From Geosiphon pyriformis uo1 (Eukaryota > Fungi > Glomeromycota), in NCBI GenBank assembly GCA_016748015.1, contig JAAOMT010000577.1:547871-611870 (forward strand): DNA of 64,000 nucleotides, written 5' to 3'. The notes under the pieces were generated by a model. That model searched no databases. It had not been told where the DNA came from and was given only the letters and a program-made list of their open reading frames with translations. A program made the position numbers and the translations under genes. The first letter of the stretch is position 1, and every line of letters starts with the position of its first letter. Of this stretch, positions 26,131 to 36,449 are shown in pieces.

Positions 26131-26818
26131 TAATCTCCTCCTCAAGACTGAGTTTTGTCGAAGTCCAAGTACTGTCTGTTATTTCCAGATAGTAATCCAA
26201 AATTATTGAAGAAATTTGGTCTGAAAATTGTTGAAATTTCAGTTCTGTGAGCTTTCCGATGTATTGAATCTTCAAAGATTGAAAAATTAGGTTTTGTAGT
26301 ATATTTTCACAGGTGTGAAATAGGTCATAAAGTCTAAGAGCAGCTCTAAACCTGTAGCGACTGTTTGTTGATCCAGCTATTGTCTTGAATTCATTGTGGA
26401 GTTGTTTCTGAATAGCTTCTTTTGTGAGGTTTGCTGTTGTAAGTTCCAGTTTCCATTTGTAGAGTGTTTTTCCAATATGAAAATATCTATAGATTGAAGG
26501 ATATTCAGTGTTTTTCTTATTGAGACACAGTTGAAGTTTTTGTTGAATTGTAGCATTTGGTGGAATACTAATCAGAGTGAGCATTAGGTTTTCTCTTAAA
26601 GCAAGCTTTAAAAGTTCTGGCAGGTGAATTCCAGTATAACTTCTTGTGTTTTTTTTATACGGGTGATATTTTCGTGAATTTGGGGCTAAATTTGTAACTA
26701 CTTCTGTTTGGGTATAATTAATGTGGTTTCCAGTAACAGTAATGGATAATTTGGGTATTGTTTTTAAAGCTAACATTAGTTTTTGGGATAATTGTTGAAT
26801 GTTTTGAGGAATAGTCAT
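26099..26818 (-). CDS. A ORF3: uninterrupted 239-aa protein of unknown function in the env position, ending inside the 3' LTR
   Basis: Open frame from ATG 26818 (MTIPQNIQQLSQKLMLALK...); homologous frames in A', B and B'; no signal peptide or transmembrane stretch. Confidence 0.8.
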   Translation of the reverse strand: MTIPQNIQQLSQKLMLALKTIPKLSITVTGNHINYTQTEVVTNLAPNSRKYHPYKKNTRSYTGIHLPELLKLALRENLMLTLISIPPNATIQQKLQLCLNKKNTEYPSIYRYFHIGKTLYKWKLELTTANLTKEAIQKQLHNEFKTIAGSTNSRYRFRAALRLYDLFHTCENILQNLIFQSLKIQYIGKLTELKFQQFSDQISSIILDYYLEITDSTWTSTKLSLEEEIILLDEIRDII

Positions 26819-26934
26819 TATAAGCAATTGAAAAAAATAAAAAATTATTTTTGGTGTATGGGTTTTTATGTTATTTTTGTTTTGTTTTTGTGAGATTGTT
26901 TCTAAATTATAAGAGAATAACTAGTAAAATTAAA

Positions 26935-29900
26935 TTAAGTGTTCAGGTTAGAAGATTGTTCAATAACAACTATTAGTTCTAAGTTTTGGGGAATATCTTC
27001 AGGACTAACCAAAGGGGAATGTGTACCAATTTGTGGAATTAATGGTTCAGGATTGTTTCTGGAATGATAGTGTTTCAAATGATCTCCATATACAACTTTT
27101 GCTAGGATTTTGTTATCAAGTCTTAACTTGTATGATCTGTTGTCTAGGACTTCATGGATAAAGAATAGTCTATCCCATTTATTTTCAAATTTTCTACTCC
27201 ATTATTTTTCAGCTTTAGTTATGTGTAAGAGAACTTTGTTTTCAATTTTGAATTTATTGGTAACTGAAGGCAATTTGTCATCATGCTGTTCTTTTTGTTG
27301 AGCTTGGGAGTGTTCAATATGGGTGGCTGCTATTTGTCATTTTTTTTCCAATGTGCTAAGCAGAGTGTAGGCTTTTCGCTGAAGCATTTCTTGGAAATTG
27401 TTTTCATTGATCAGTTGTGCTGGGTATGTTTCCACTGTGAAACTAATTGGTAACGTTGCTGTCCTTCCATAAGTTAAATCAAATGGTGTGTGTTTCATAG
27501 TATCTTGTTTTAATGTCCTATATGCTAATAACACTGATAGAATAAAAAGATCCCATTCTTGCTCAAAATCGGTTGAGACTTTGGCTAATAACTCACACAA
27601 TGTTCTGTTAAAACGTTCTACAAGTCCGTTTATTTGTGGATGGTAGGGCAAAGACAGAGGTCTTTTGACATTGAATCGTTCACAAATTTCTTGTATCAGG
27701 TTGTTCACAAAGTGTGTTCCCTGATCGGATAAAAGTTCAATTGGACATCCATGTCTACAAATGATGTCTTCATAGATGAAATTTGCTACTGATTTTGCAT
27801 CTGCTCATTGAATGGCTCTGGCTTCAGGCCATTTAGTAAGATAATCTACAGCTACTGCAATATAATGGTTTCCTTGAGTGGTAATAGATAGTGGTCCGAC
27901 TAAATCAATACCAACTCTGTCAAAAGGCTGTTCAACTTTGATTGGATTTAAAGGTTCTGTAGGGCAAGTTCCTCCTCTTCTTTGACAACTATCACAAGAT
28001 TCAACATATTCATGAATGTCTTTTCTCATTCGAGACCAAAAGCAGTATTCTAGTGTTCTTTGGGTGGTGTTATCTTTTCCGAAGTATGCTGATGAAGGAT
28101 CTGAGTGCATATTGTATAAAATGGTCTCTTTTTCCTGTTCTTGTATTAATCTGAGTGGTTTGGTTGAGTTTTTGAAATTTTGATAATAGATAATGTTGTT
28201 GTGTAAAAAATATTGTTTGGCTTGTTGTTGTAACCGATGTTTTTTGTCTAGGAACCAATCTGTTGGGATTGTTAATGTTTCCAAATATTGTTTGAGATTG
28301 TTGTAGTTTTCGGGGTTCATTGTTTGTTGTTTTGATGCTGTTAATTCAAATGGGTGTTGGTTTTGTTTTCTAATCTTGCCTCATTCTTGAGAGACAATCA
28401 ACGTTAGTGTGAAGTTTTTCTGGTTTGTGGTGTACAATGTATTGGTAATTAGCTAAAAATTCTGTCCATTGGATTTGTTTTGTGTTCAGCTGGGTGTTTT
28501 TGTTTTGAAGCCATTTAAGTCCAATATTATCAGTGATAATATCGAATTCTTTGGGTCTGAGGTAAAGGTTGAAGTGATATAGGGCTCAGATTACTGCTGC
28601 AGTTTCTAATTCTGTTGTAGGGTAGTTCTTTTCGGCTGGCTTTAATGTTCTACTAGCATAAGCAATTACTCGCTCATTTCCATTGTCATCTAACTGTGAT
28701 AGGATGGCACCAAAGGCAGTATAAGAGGTGTTAGTTGCTAACTGAAATTGGTTGCTGAAATCTGGGTAGGCGAGGATTGGAGCTGTTGTGAGTTTTTCCT
28801 TAAGTATCTCGAAGGCATTTTGGTGTTCTTCTGTTCATTTGTATTCGACATTTTTAGTAGTGAGCTGGTTGAGGAGTTTTGCAATTTCTGAGAATCCTTT
28901 GATGAATTTTCGGTAATAGGATGCTAATCTAATAAATCCTCTTAATTCTGTGGTATTTTATGGAGTCTTAAAGTTCTTGACAGTACTGATTTTTCCAGGG
29001 TCTGGTTTAATTCTATCTTTGCTAACAATGTGACCAAGAAAAGCTAAACTTGTTTTTCCGAAGTAGCATTTTTCAATGTTCAGTTTCAATCCTGTTTTCC
29101 GTAATCATTGAAAAACTTCTCGCAGGTGAATTAAATGTAGCTTGAAAGATAGTGAATAACATCAGTGTCATCAAAATAAACTACTACTGATTTCCAAAGG
29201 AGGCTTTTGTAAACAACATCCATGAGTCTTTGAAATGTTGCTGGTACATTGCATAATCCAAAAGGCATTACATTAAACTCGTAATTTTCTTCTTGAGTAG
29301 TGAATGCTGTTTTGGGGCAGTCTTTAGGATCCATAGCAACTTGCCAGTATCCACTCTCTAAATCTAATATTGAAAAGTATTTGGACTTCCCAAGGGCATC
29401 CAACATGTTATCAATTCGGGGAAAAGGGTAGGCATCTCCAATAGTGACACTGTTGAGTTGTTGGTAATCAACACAAAATCGTATTTTTCCATTTTTCTTT
29501 TTAACTAGGACCACAGGTAAGGCCCATGGGCTCATTGATGGTTGAATAAGCCCATTGTTAAGCATCTGTTGTACTTCTTCTCAAATAAATTGGTGACTTT
29601 ATGGGGCAACTCAGTAGGCTTGTTGTTGCTTTGGTTTGGCATCTTCTGTATAGATTTGGTGTTGAACCAAATCAGTTCTTCCTAAGTCATTGTTGTTTTT
29701 GGCAAAGATGTCAGCAAATTCTGCAATTAGCTCTTTGAACTGGGTCTGTTGTTGTGGTTCAAGTTGTCCCATGTTGATTCGAGATAGTTTTTCCATGACA
29801 ATATGGTAGTTTTCGGAGCTGGGGTTTGGGTTGGTTTTTGGTATTGAATGTTCAATAATTTTAGAGAAATCGGGAACTATTTGGGGTAATTCTTGTTGAA

Positions 29901-32900
29901 ATATATTACTGTGAATAACTCCAATTTCTAAATTATTTAATAAAATTATGGGGTAATTATTGGGGTTGTAAAAAGTAACTCAGACTTTTTTTATTCCTTC
30001 TGGAATATAAATGTTTGGAATCAAAATATTATGTTTCAAGCAGACTTGTTTATTGGACTCAAAAATTTGTTGTGTGGCTGTTGGCTTTGAGCAGGTGTAG
30101 ATTTCCAGATGTTCTCCAAAGGGTGAGATAGTAATCGGTTGTGGAAGTCTGAGAATCTGGTGGGATTTGTTCTGTGTATTAAGAGCTATATTAACTGGAA
30201 CTGTGAATTGTCCAGTTGAACCAAAACCTTGGGTTTCTCTATTGCTTTTTCCTAATTGTTCTCTTTGATTGACTAGTTGCAAACCCGAAATGTTGATTAA
30301 GGGTAGGTAAATAGCTTGGGCAATTTTTTCAGTATGTTTGATCTTAAATGGTTTGTCAGTTTCATTTTGAAGTATCACTTTTATGTCTCCAGTATATTTA
30401 GCATCGATTATTCCTCCTCTGATATTGATTCTTTTGCTTGCCAGAGAGAACCGGAAGGCAATTTGAACCATTGCTCCTGGCGGGTTTTCGAGTGCAATTT
30501 TGAGATTGATTTTTGTGAGAGATTTGGGTTTGAGAACAAGAGTATCCTTGCCTGGATATCTTAGGTCATATTCAGCATCAATTTCGTGTGCTTTTTCGGG
30601 TTTTATTTTTTGTCCGTTGTTGTTAAAGTATTTAAGTTGTAAGGCAGGCTGATTTTCGATAAGGTAGATGGTTGTTGTTTCAATTTCTTCTGTTTCTTCA
30701 GGTTCTCCAAATTCAATTTCATTCTCATCATTTTTGCTAGGCAAGAGGATACTAAGAGCATAGCATTTAGAACACCATTGTTCATCACAAGGCATAATAT
30801 ATTCTTCATATAGCCTAATGTTCATTTGCTCTAATTGTTGAATTTGAGCTTCTTGGATTGGATAGGTGTGACTTGCAATTTGGTGGTAGACTTCTACTTC
30901 ATCTTCATAATCAAATCCAGCTAATTCCATAATGTATTCAATGTATTCTGCTTTCTTCATTTGATGAACATCTTCTTTGATAGCTTCATTAATTAATGCC
31001 ATTGCTAAGTTGAAAATCATCTTGGCATCATGAGGATAGTGATAAAGTTTGTTGAGAGCATTGTTGTATGCTGCATTAAAGAGTGTTCCTCTTTTTACTT
31101 TTTCTGAAATTGATAAAGCATATTGGCAGGTCTGATCACAGACGCCTCCTCTCATTGCTACATCAATCCAATTGCATTCTTCTGGTAACATATTTCCACA
31201 AGTCAAACAAGAGGTGTTGTCTCATTTTCCGCTCCTTTTTATTAGATGGCTCCATTGCTCTCTGTGGCAAGTCTTGCAGTAATAACAAGTATGATTCTCA
31301 TATTCTTCTTCAGATAAAATGCAGGCTCCCATTGACGATAGTTTCTTGTGGCAGTCCTTACATTTAAGGGGAATATAGGGGTGTTGTTTCTTTGGTTTGG
31401 GTTTTGAGTAAAATATATTCCATCCAGAGGTTTTGGGTTTAGTATGTGGGGTAAAATGTTCTTGTTCTGTTTCATCGACCCAGTTGGACGTTGATCCAAG
31501 AGCCATGAATGTTTTGATTATTGGTTTTTTTCTTCTGGTTCAAATTCAAAAGCCAGGGCTTTTTCAGAGCATTTGTTAAATGTACCACAAATGGCAGGTA
31601 CCTGGGCGTGTTGTCCTTAGTAGGAGATTGTTAACTCTTGTGTTTCCCAATTCAGATTAGCATTGGCTTTTTGAAGCCAATCATTTCCGATGAGAGCTTG
31701 GTACTGGGGTGCATCCATTACAAGAACTTTGACTGGAATGGTGATTTCATTAAGAGTGAATAGAAAATTGTCAATTTCTCCTACTGGGGTCTTTTTCATG
31801 CCATCAGCAATAACGATTACTGTTTGAGCTGGTTGGTTGACATTTCTTTTCAACTGTTGCATTAACTGGTAGGTGATAATGCTTCCGGTGGATCCACTGT
31901 CTAAGATCAAGCAAATTGGCTTTCCTTCTACTTCAGCTTCTGTGTACATTGTAGTGATGGCTTTTTGCTCATTAGCCGCTGCATTGCTAAGCAAGAATGG
32001 TGATTCATTTGCTTCAAATTCAAAAAAAAAGATATCAGAGAGATTGGCGTTTTCAGCAATTCAGGCTAGTGGAATAGTGGTGTAGTTATGAAAAGGGTTT
32101 TGTTGTTGTTGTGCTGCAGCTCTACCTTCCAAGAGTGCAGTATGGTGAAAATCCTGTTCTTCCGGCATTGTTAAATAACTGGGTTGAGTGTGGTAGTGGT
32201 TGGGTCTTGGTTGAGTGGTATTTCGGGAAACCAATTGGTTGTTCGAACTGATTTTACTGTTGTTTACTTGGTATCGGTTTTGTGGTGTGAATTGATTTTG
32301 TGTAATCAGTCTTCGAGCAGGTACTTGATAATGTTGTGTGGGTGGTTGTTGGTATTGCTGTTGGATTGGTTGTGGGGTGGGCTGATAATAGTTATTTTGG
32401 TATTGGGGTCTTGGTGGATAGTAAGCTGGTGATAATGGTTGATAATAAAATTGCTGTGGTGGAGAGTAACATTGATTACCTCTATTTTGTTAGTCTCGTT
32501 GTAGCTTTCTGCAATTTTTTTTCTAGTGGCCAGAGATTCCACAGTAATGGCAATTCTGGGGCTGGTTATTGGAAAGTGGTACAAAGTTATTTTGATTTCA
32601 TCTTTGGGGTGGTTGATATCTTTGTTGTTGTTGGTTGGTAAAATAGTTTTCGACCTTCTTTGTGAGTTGGTCAATTTTTTTCTTAGCTGCTGAGCTGGTT
32701 TCTCTAATTGCCAAATTTACAAGTTTTGTATGATTGGCCTCTTCCATGGCCATTTTGTATCTTTTTGCATGCTGTATGGCAAAGTTTAAATCTTCTGGCG
32801 TGTGTGAGCAAACCTTTTTAATTAGTTTATCTTTTAGACCAGCGATAAATTGATCCAAGATTTAAGCATCGGAATAATAATTGTTTGTCTCAAGTTGGCA

Positions 32901-33971
32901 AATCTGTCTGAGAAGTTTGTTGAATTTCCCAATATAAGTCATAACGGATTCGGAGGGTTCTTGTTTGATATTTCAAAAATAATTGTGAAGAGTGATGGAG
33001 GTATTATTGTCGGTGAACTGTTCAAGGAAGGCTGCTTTGAAAGCGTTCCAATCATTGAATAGGACGGCCAGGTTTTCAAACCATTCTCCTGCTGTTTTTT
33101 TGAGAAAGTATGGAATTGTTCTTAACATTCTGGTGGCATTCCATCCATTTGCATCTCCGGCTTTAGTAACTTGGTCGAGCCATTCTTGAGAACTCGTTTC
33201 AATGTCTTCTCTATTAAAGTCAGGGATTTTTGCGATGTATGTTGTCATTTTGTCTTCTTCATTTTCACTGTCTATTAATTCTTTTTCAGTTATTTCAGAG
33301 TTGTTTTCTTCATTTGCTGCTGTCTCAGAGTGTTCACTTTGATTTTCAGCTAAAAAATCAAGGAGATTGGAACTAGTTTGAAGGGGTTCTTGTTGTCTGG
33401 TGAGACTTCTGAGTAATGTAAAATCTTCTGGTCTTGCAAATTGATTCAAGAGTGAATTAGGTGTTTGTGCTTGTGCAAGTGAAGCTGGAAAAAGTGTAAT
33501 AGTAAGTGGAAGTTTTGAGCTGGTTCCTTGTTCAGGTGTTTGTAGATATTTGAATGATATTTTGGGAGTATTGGGTGTTGTGTGAACAGGTTGGTTATCT
33601 TTTTGTCTTTTGTTGCTACTGGTTTCAGGTTCAGATTTGAGTTCAAAGGCAAATTGTGTGTTTGCAGGATATTTTTCTTCACAGAATCGAATAATATTAT
33701 AATTGAGTTCCTCAAAATAAGTAGTGCAAGCTTCAGCACTAATGTTTTCTGATTCAGTGTTGGAATAGTGTAGTATGTTCTCAAGAAGATCTCTTTTAAC
33801 TGTTGTAATGTTATAGTTCTCAAAGAGGTAGTCATTGATTCGATTTTTGATGTATTGAAAAAGTGTTTTCTTAAAAGCTATGATTCCGTCACATATTTCA
33901 AATCGTTGTTTACAGTGTGTGTAAATTGATTGATAGTACTCTAAGGTTGTAATGTCTGAGGCAGTCACCAC
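26935..33971 (-). pseudogene. A gag-pol (Gag with CCHC, protease, Cys-rich insert, dUTPase, RT, RNase H, integrase)
   Basis: CHYCGISGH*KKDC near 32540; LILDSGSTGS; PWALPVVLVKKKNGKIRFCVDY, LDLESGYWQV, VMPFGLCN, YFDD; VIAYASRTLKPAEKNY; H..CDSC, GIDLVGPL, SDQGTHF, NGLVERFNRTL; scattered stops. Confidence 0.96.
30211..30630 (-). other. dUTPase domain in the A polyprotein
   Basis: All five trimeric dUTPase motifs in order: DAEYDL, RFSLA, GGIIDAKYTGDI, KIAQ, RETQGFGSTG. Confidence 0.93.
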
Positions 33972-33993
33972 TTTAAATTTGTTACTGTGTTAT

Positions 33994-34011
33994 TTCCGTG
34001 GAAGAGCACCA
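33994..34011 (-). promoter_or_regulatory. PBS of A
   Basis: TGGTGCTCTTCCACGGAA, 2 nt inside the 5' LTR end TAACA. Confidence 0.88.
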
Positions 34012-34013
34012 AA

Positions 34014-34999
34014 TGTTACTGAAGGTTTTTGGTCTCTTTTCTGTAATGTTATTGATACTTATTTGTTGTGAATTCATGTTTTCTGGATGTGGTTGAACCT
34101 CCAGTAACTGAATTTTTAACTTCAAATTATCTCCTATAATTTGAACTTGCTGGGCTTATGAGTGGAATGGCCAATTCCGTGTCAGTTGCTTTATGTAGTT
34201 ACATTGTAGTAAACATCAACTCTTTCCCAGAAATTGCTCGTCTGAAAGCTCACTAAAAATGTGTAGTTACTTTGCTGTGAAAGTCAACTCTTCTACAGGA
34301 ATCTCATCTGTAGGCTACCTTAATGATTGTAATAAGAAAAGAAAAGAAAAATAAAAGAAATGTAAAAGAAATAAGATTTTTATCAAGGGAACGTTTTTTT
34401 ATCCAGGCCTGGAGTCACTAACAGTTTACTGAAATTAGTAGCTAATCAATTTCGAAATGTTAGTTGGGTTTTTGGGGGTTTTTTCAAGTACAATAATAAA
34501 AGAATTTGGTTTTTCGAATTATTTGATATTTATTTCTTTTTGTGTATATAGGAACGGTTTTAAGAGATAAATCTAAAGTAAGATACATTTTCTCAAAGAG
34601 AGAAGCTCTTCTTTTATACAACTTGTCGTAACACTATTCTATGAACTTGAACTTTGCTATTTTCTACAATTTCGCTAAACTAAAGATACATTTTGGCAAA
34701 CTACAAGTTATTTCTGTGAACTATTAGATATTTTGGTGAACTATCAATTATTTTAGCGAATTTCTATAAATTTCGGCAAACTTTTGAATGTTATATAGTT
34801 TGGGGTATTGCATGATTGATTATTGCAATTAGGTTACATTTGTGTTGTGTACAATTTGGGTTATTAATTAAATGATAATTTCGGACATTCTTTGCTAATG
34901 TAATAAATGATAATTTGAAACAATAATATATGCTAATTAATGATAGGAATTATAAGATAGTTTTATGCTAAATGATATCTCTAATTTCGTCTGGTAACA
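34014..34999 (-). repeat. A 5' LTR
   Basis: TGTTACC...GTAACA; TATAAAA near 34612-34618; TTCGCCGAAA-like array at about 34670-34785. Confidence 0.96.
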
Positions 35000-35754
35000 G
35001 AGTTAATTAATGAATTTATCCATAGCTTCCCAAAACCACAGTTTTGTCAAATTTTTTTCTCAGCATAATGGCCAGTAATCTTCTTAATAAGCTATCTTCA
35101 AATTTATGAGTATTCCACCCTTGTTTCATGGGTCTTTTACCAGTCACTATAACATCTGTATCTCAGTGCTTTAATCCTTAATCAATTAGTATACAACAAT
35201 AAAATCAAAGAAAGAGAAGAAAATAAAAGAAAATAAAATAAAAAAATGAACCAAGGCAATGTATGAGTTAGTATTCCGTCAATAGCTGTGATCAAGAGCT
35301 ATTGTTCCAGTGTGATAAAGTATCAATTACTATCAATATAAAGTGTTGATAGTGATGAGTGGATTGAGATAGTGAATAATTATTTATTGATATTTGTGAT
35401 GTGGAAGGTTTTTAACTAATAAATTCTGTTTTTTCTACTTCTAATGCTACTACTATATATACATAATTGATGTTTTATGAGATTGCTCATATTCCCGAGC
35501 AATGTGCTATAATTTTTTGAGCAATGCTCACATTGCTGAGTGATGTGCTCTTATTTTCTAACATCACTCCACATTGCTGAGCAATGTACTGTGTTTTCTA
35601 ATATTCCTCTATATTGCTAAGCAATATGCTGTGATTTCTATCATTGTTCTATATTGTTAAGCAATGTGCTCATGTACTACATACTATTTTCTTATTGGTT
35701 TACTATTTTTCTATATCTGTTTTTTTTTCTATAAGTAATATTATCTTCTTCTTT

Positions 35755-36390
35755 TTAATATTGAGCTTTGTCGAAATCTTTGTTTTGAATTAATTCTAAT
35801 ACTTCTTTTTCAAGTATTGTTTGTTCGACTCTGTTTTTCACATCTTCTACTTGTGTATTGTTCATTTTTCTCCATTGGTTGATGGTTATGGTTTCCATAT
35901 CAGAGTGTAACAGTACTTCTGGATAGTTCTGAAATATGTTGTATAGTTGGTATATTGTTCTAACATGTAGTGTTGAATTTGTTTTCTTTTCAATAAATTC
36001 TTCAATTTGTTGTATTATGTCTTGGTTAAATATTTTCTTGAATTTGTTGATATACAACTCCTGAATATTCAACTTTTAATCTAACTGGTAGTAGCAATAT
36101 GATATTGGAAGTCATTCTGTCCATTGCTTCCAATTTTCTTTCATAAGCTCTTCTGTTGGTGCCATAACAGAAATTTTCCCAAAAGTGTTCTTCATTTTTT
36201 CTATTAAATTATCTGTCCAGTTTTTATTGTTCTTTGGTAGTCACTGGTATGATGTATTCTTTGTTTTTTTTTGGTTGTTTCAGTAGCAAATTATTTGGTT
36301 GTTAATTACAATTTCCATATTTAACTGTTGTTCACTTAAGGCCTAAAATAATTGTTGAGCTATAGTGTGAATATGATCTGATATTTTCAT
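35755..36390 (-). pseudogene. B ORF3, 211 codons, in-frame stops but no frameshift
   Basis: MKISDHIHTIAQQLF*ALSEQQLNMEIVINNQIICY...PISYCYYQLD*KLNIQELY...DFDKAQY*; TATATAAAG at 36424-36432. Confidence 0.8.
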
Positions 36391-36449
36391 TTTTCTTGGT
36401 TGCTTTTGTTATGTATACTGTGTCTTTATATACTCTTCGGTTTGTTCAA

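Larger units (their letters stand above)
25145..34999 (-). mobile_element. Gypsy A: youngest complete element, 9855 bp
   Basis: Two 986-bp LTRs (25145-26130 and 34014-34999), TSD aagt/gagt (one G>A), PBS 33994-34011, PPT gaggaggagatta 26131-26143, gag-pol and ORF3. Confidence 0.97.

Noticed and set aside
26099-26818. ORF3 as an env gene
   Set aside because: Short, with no signal peptide, no hydrophobic transmembrane anchor and no evident fusion-protein layout.
26935-27200. Chromodomain at the integrase C-terminus
   Set aside because: After the GPF-like region the frame ends in a short Pro/Ile-rich tail with no YLVKW-type motif in A, A', B or B'.
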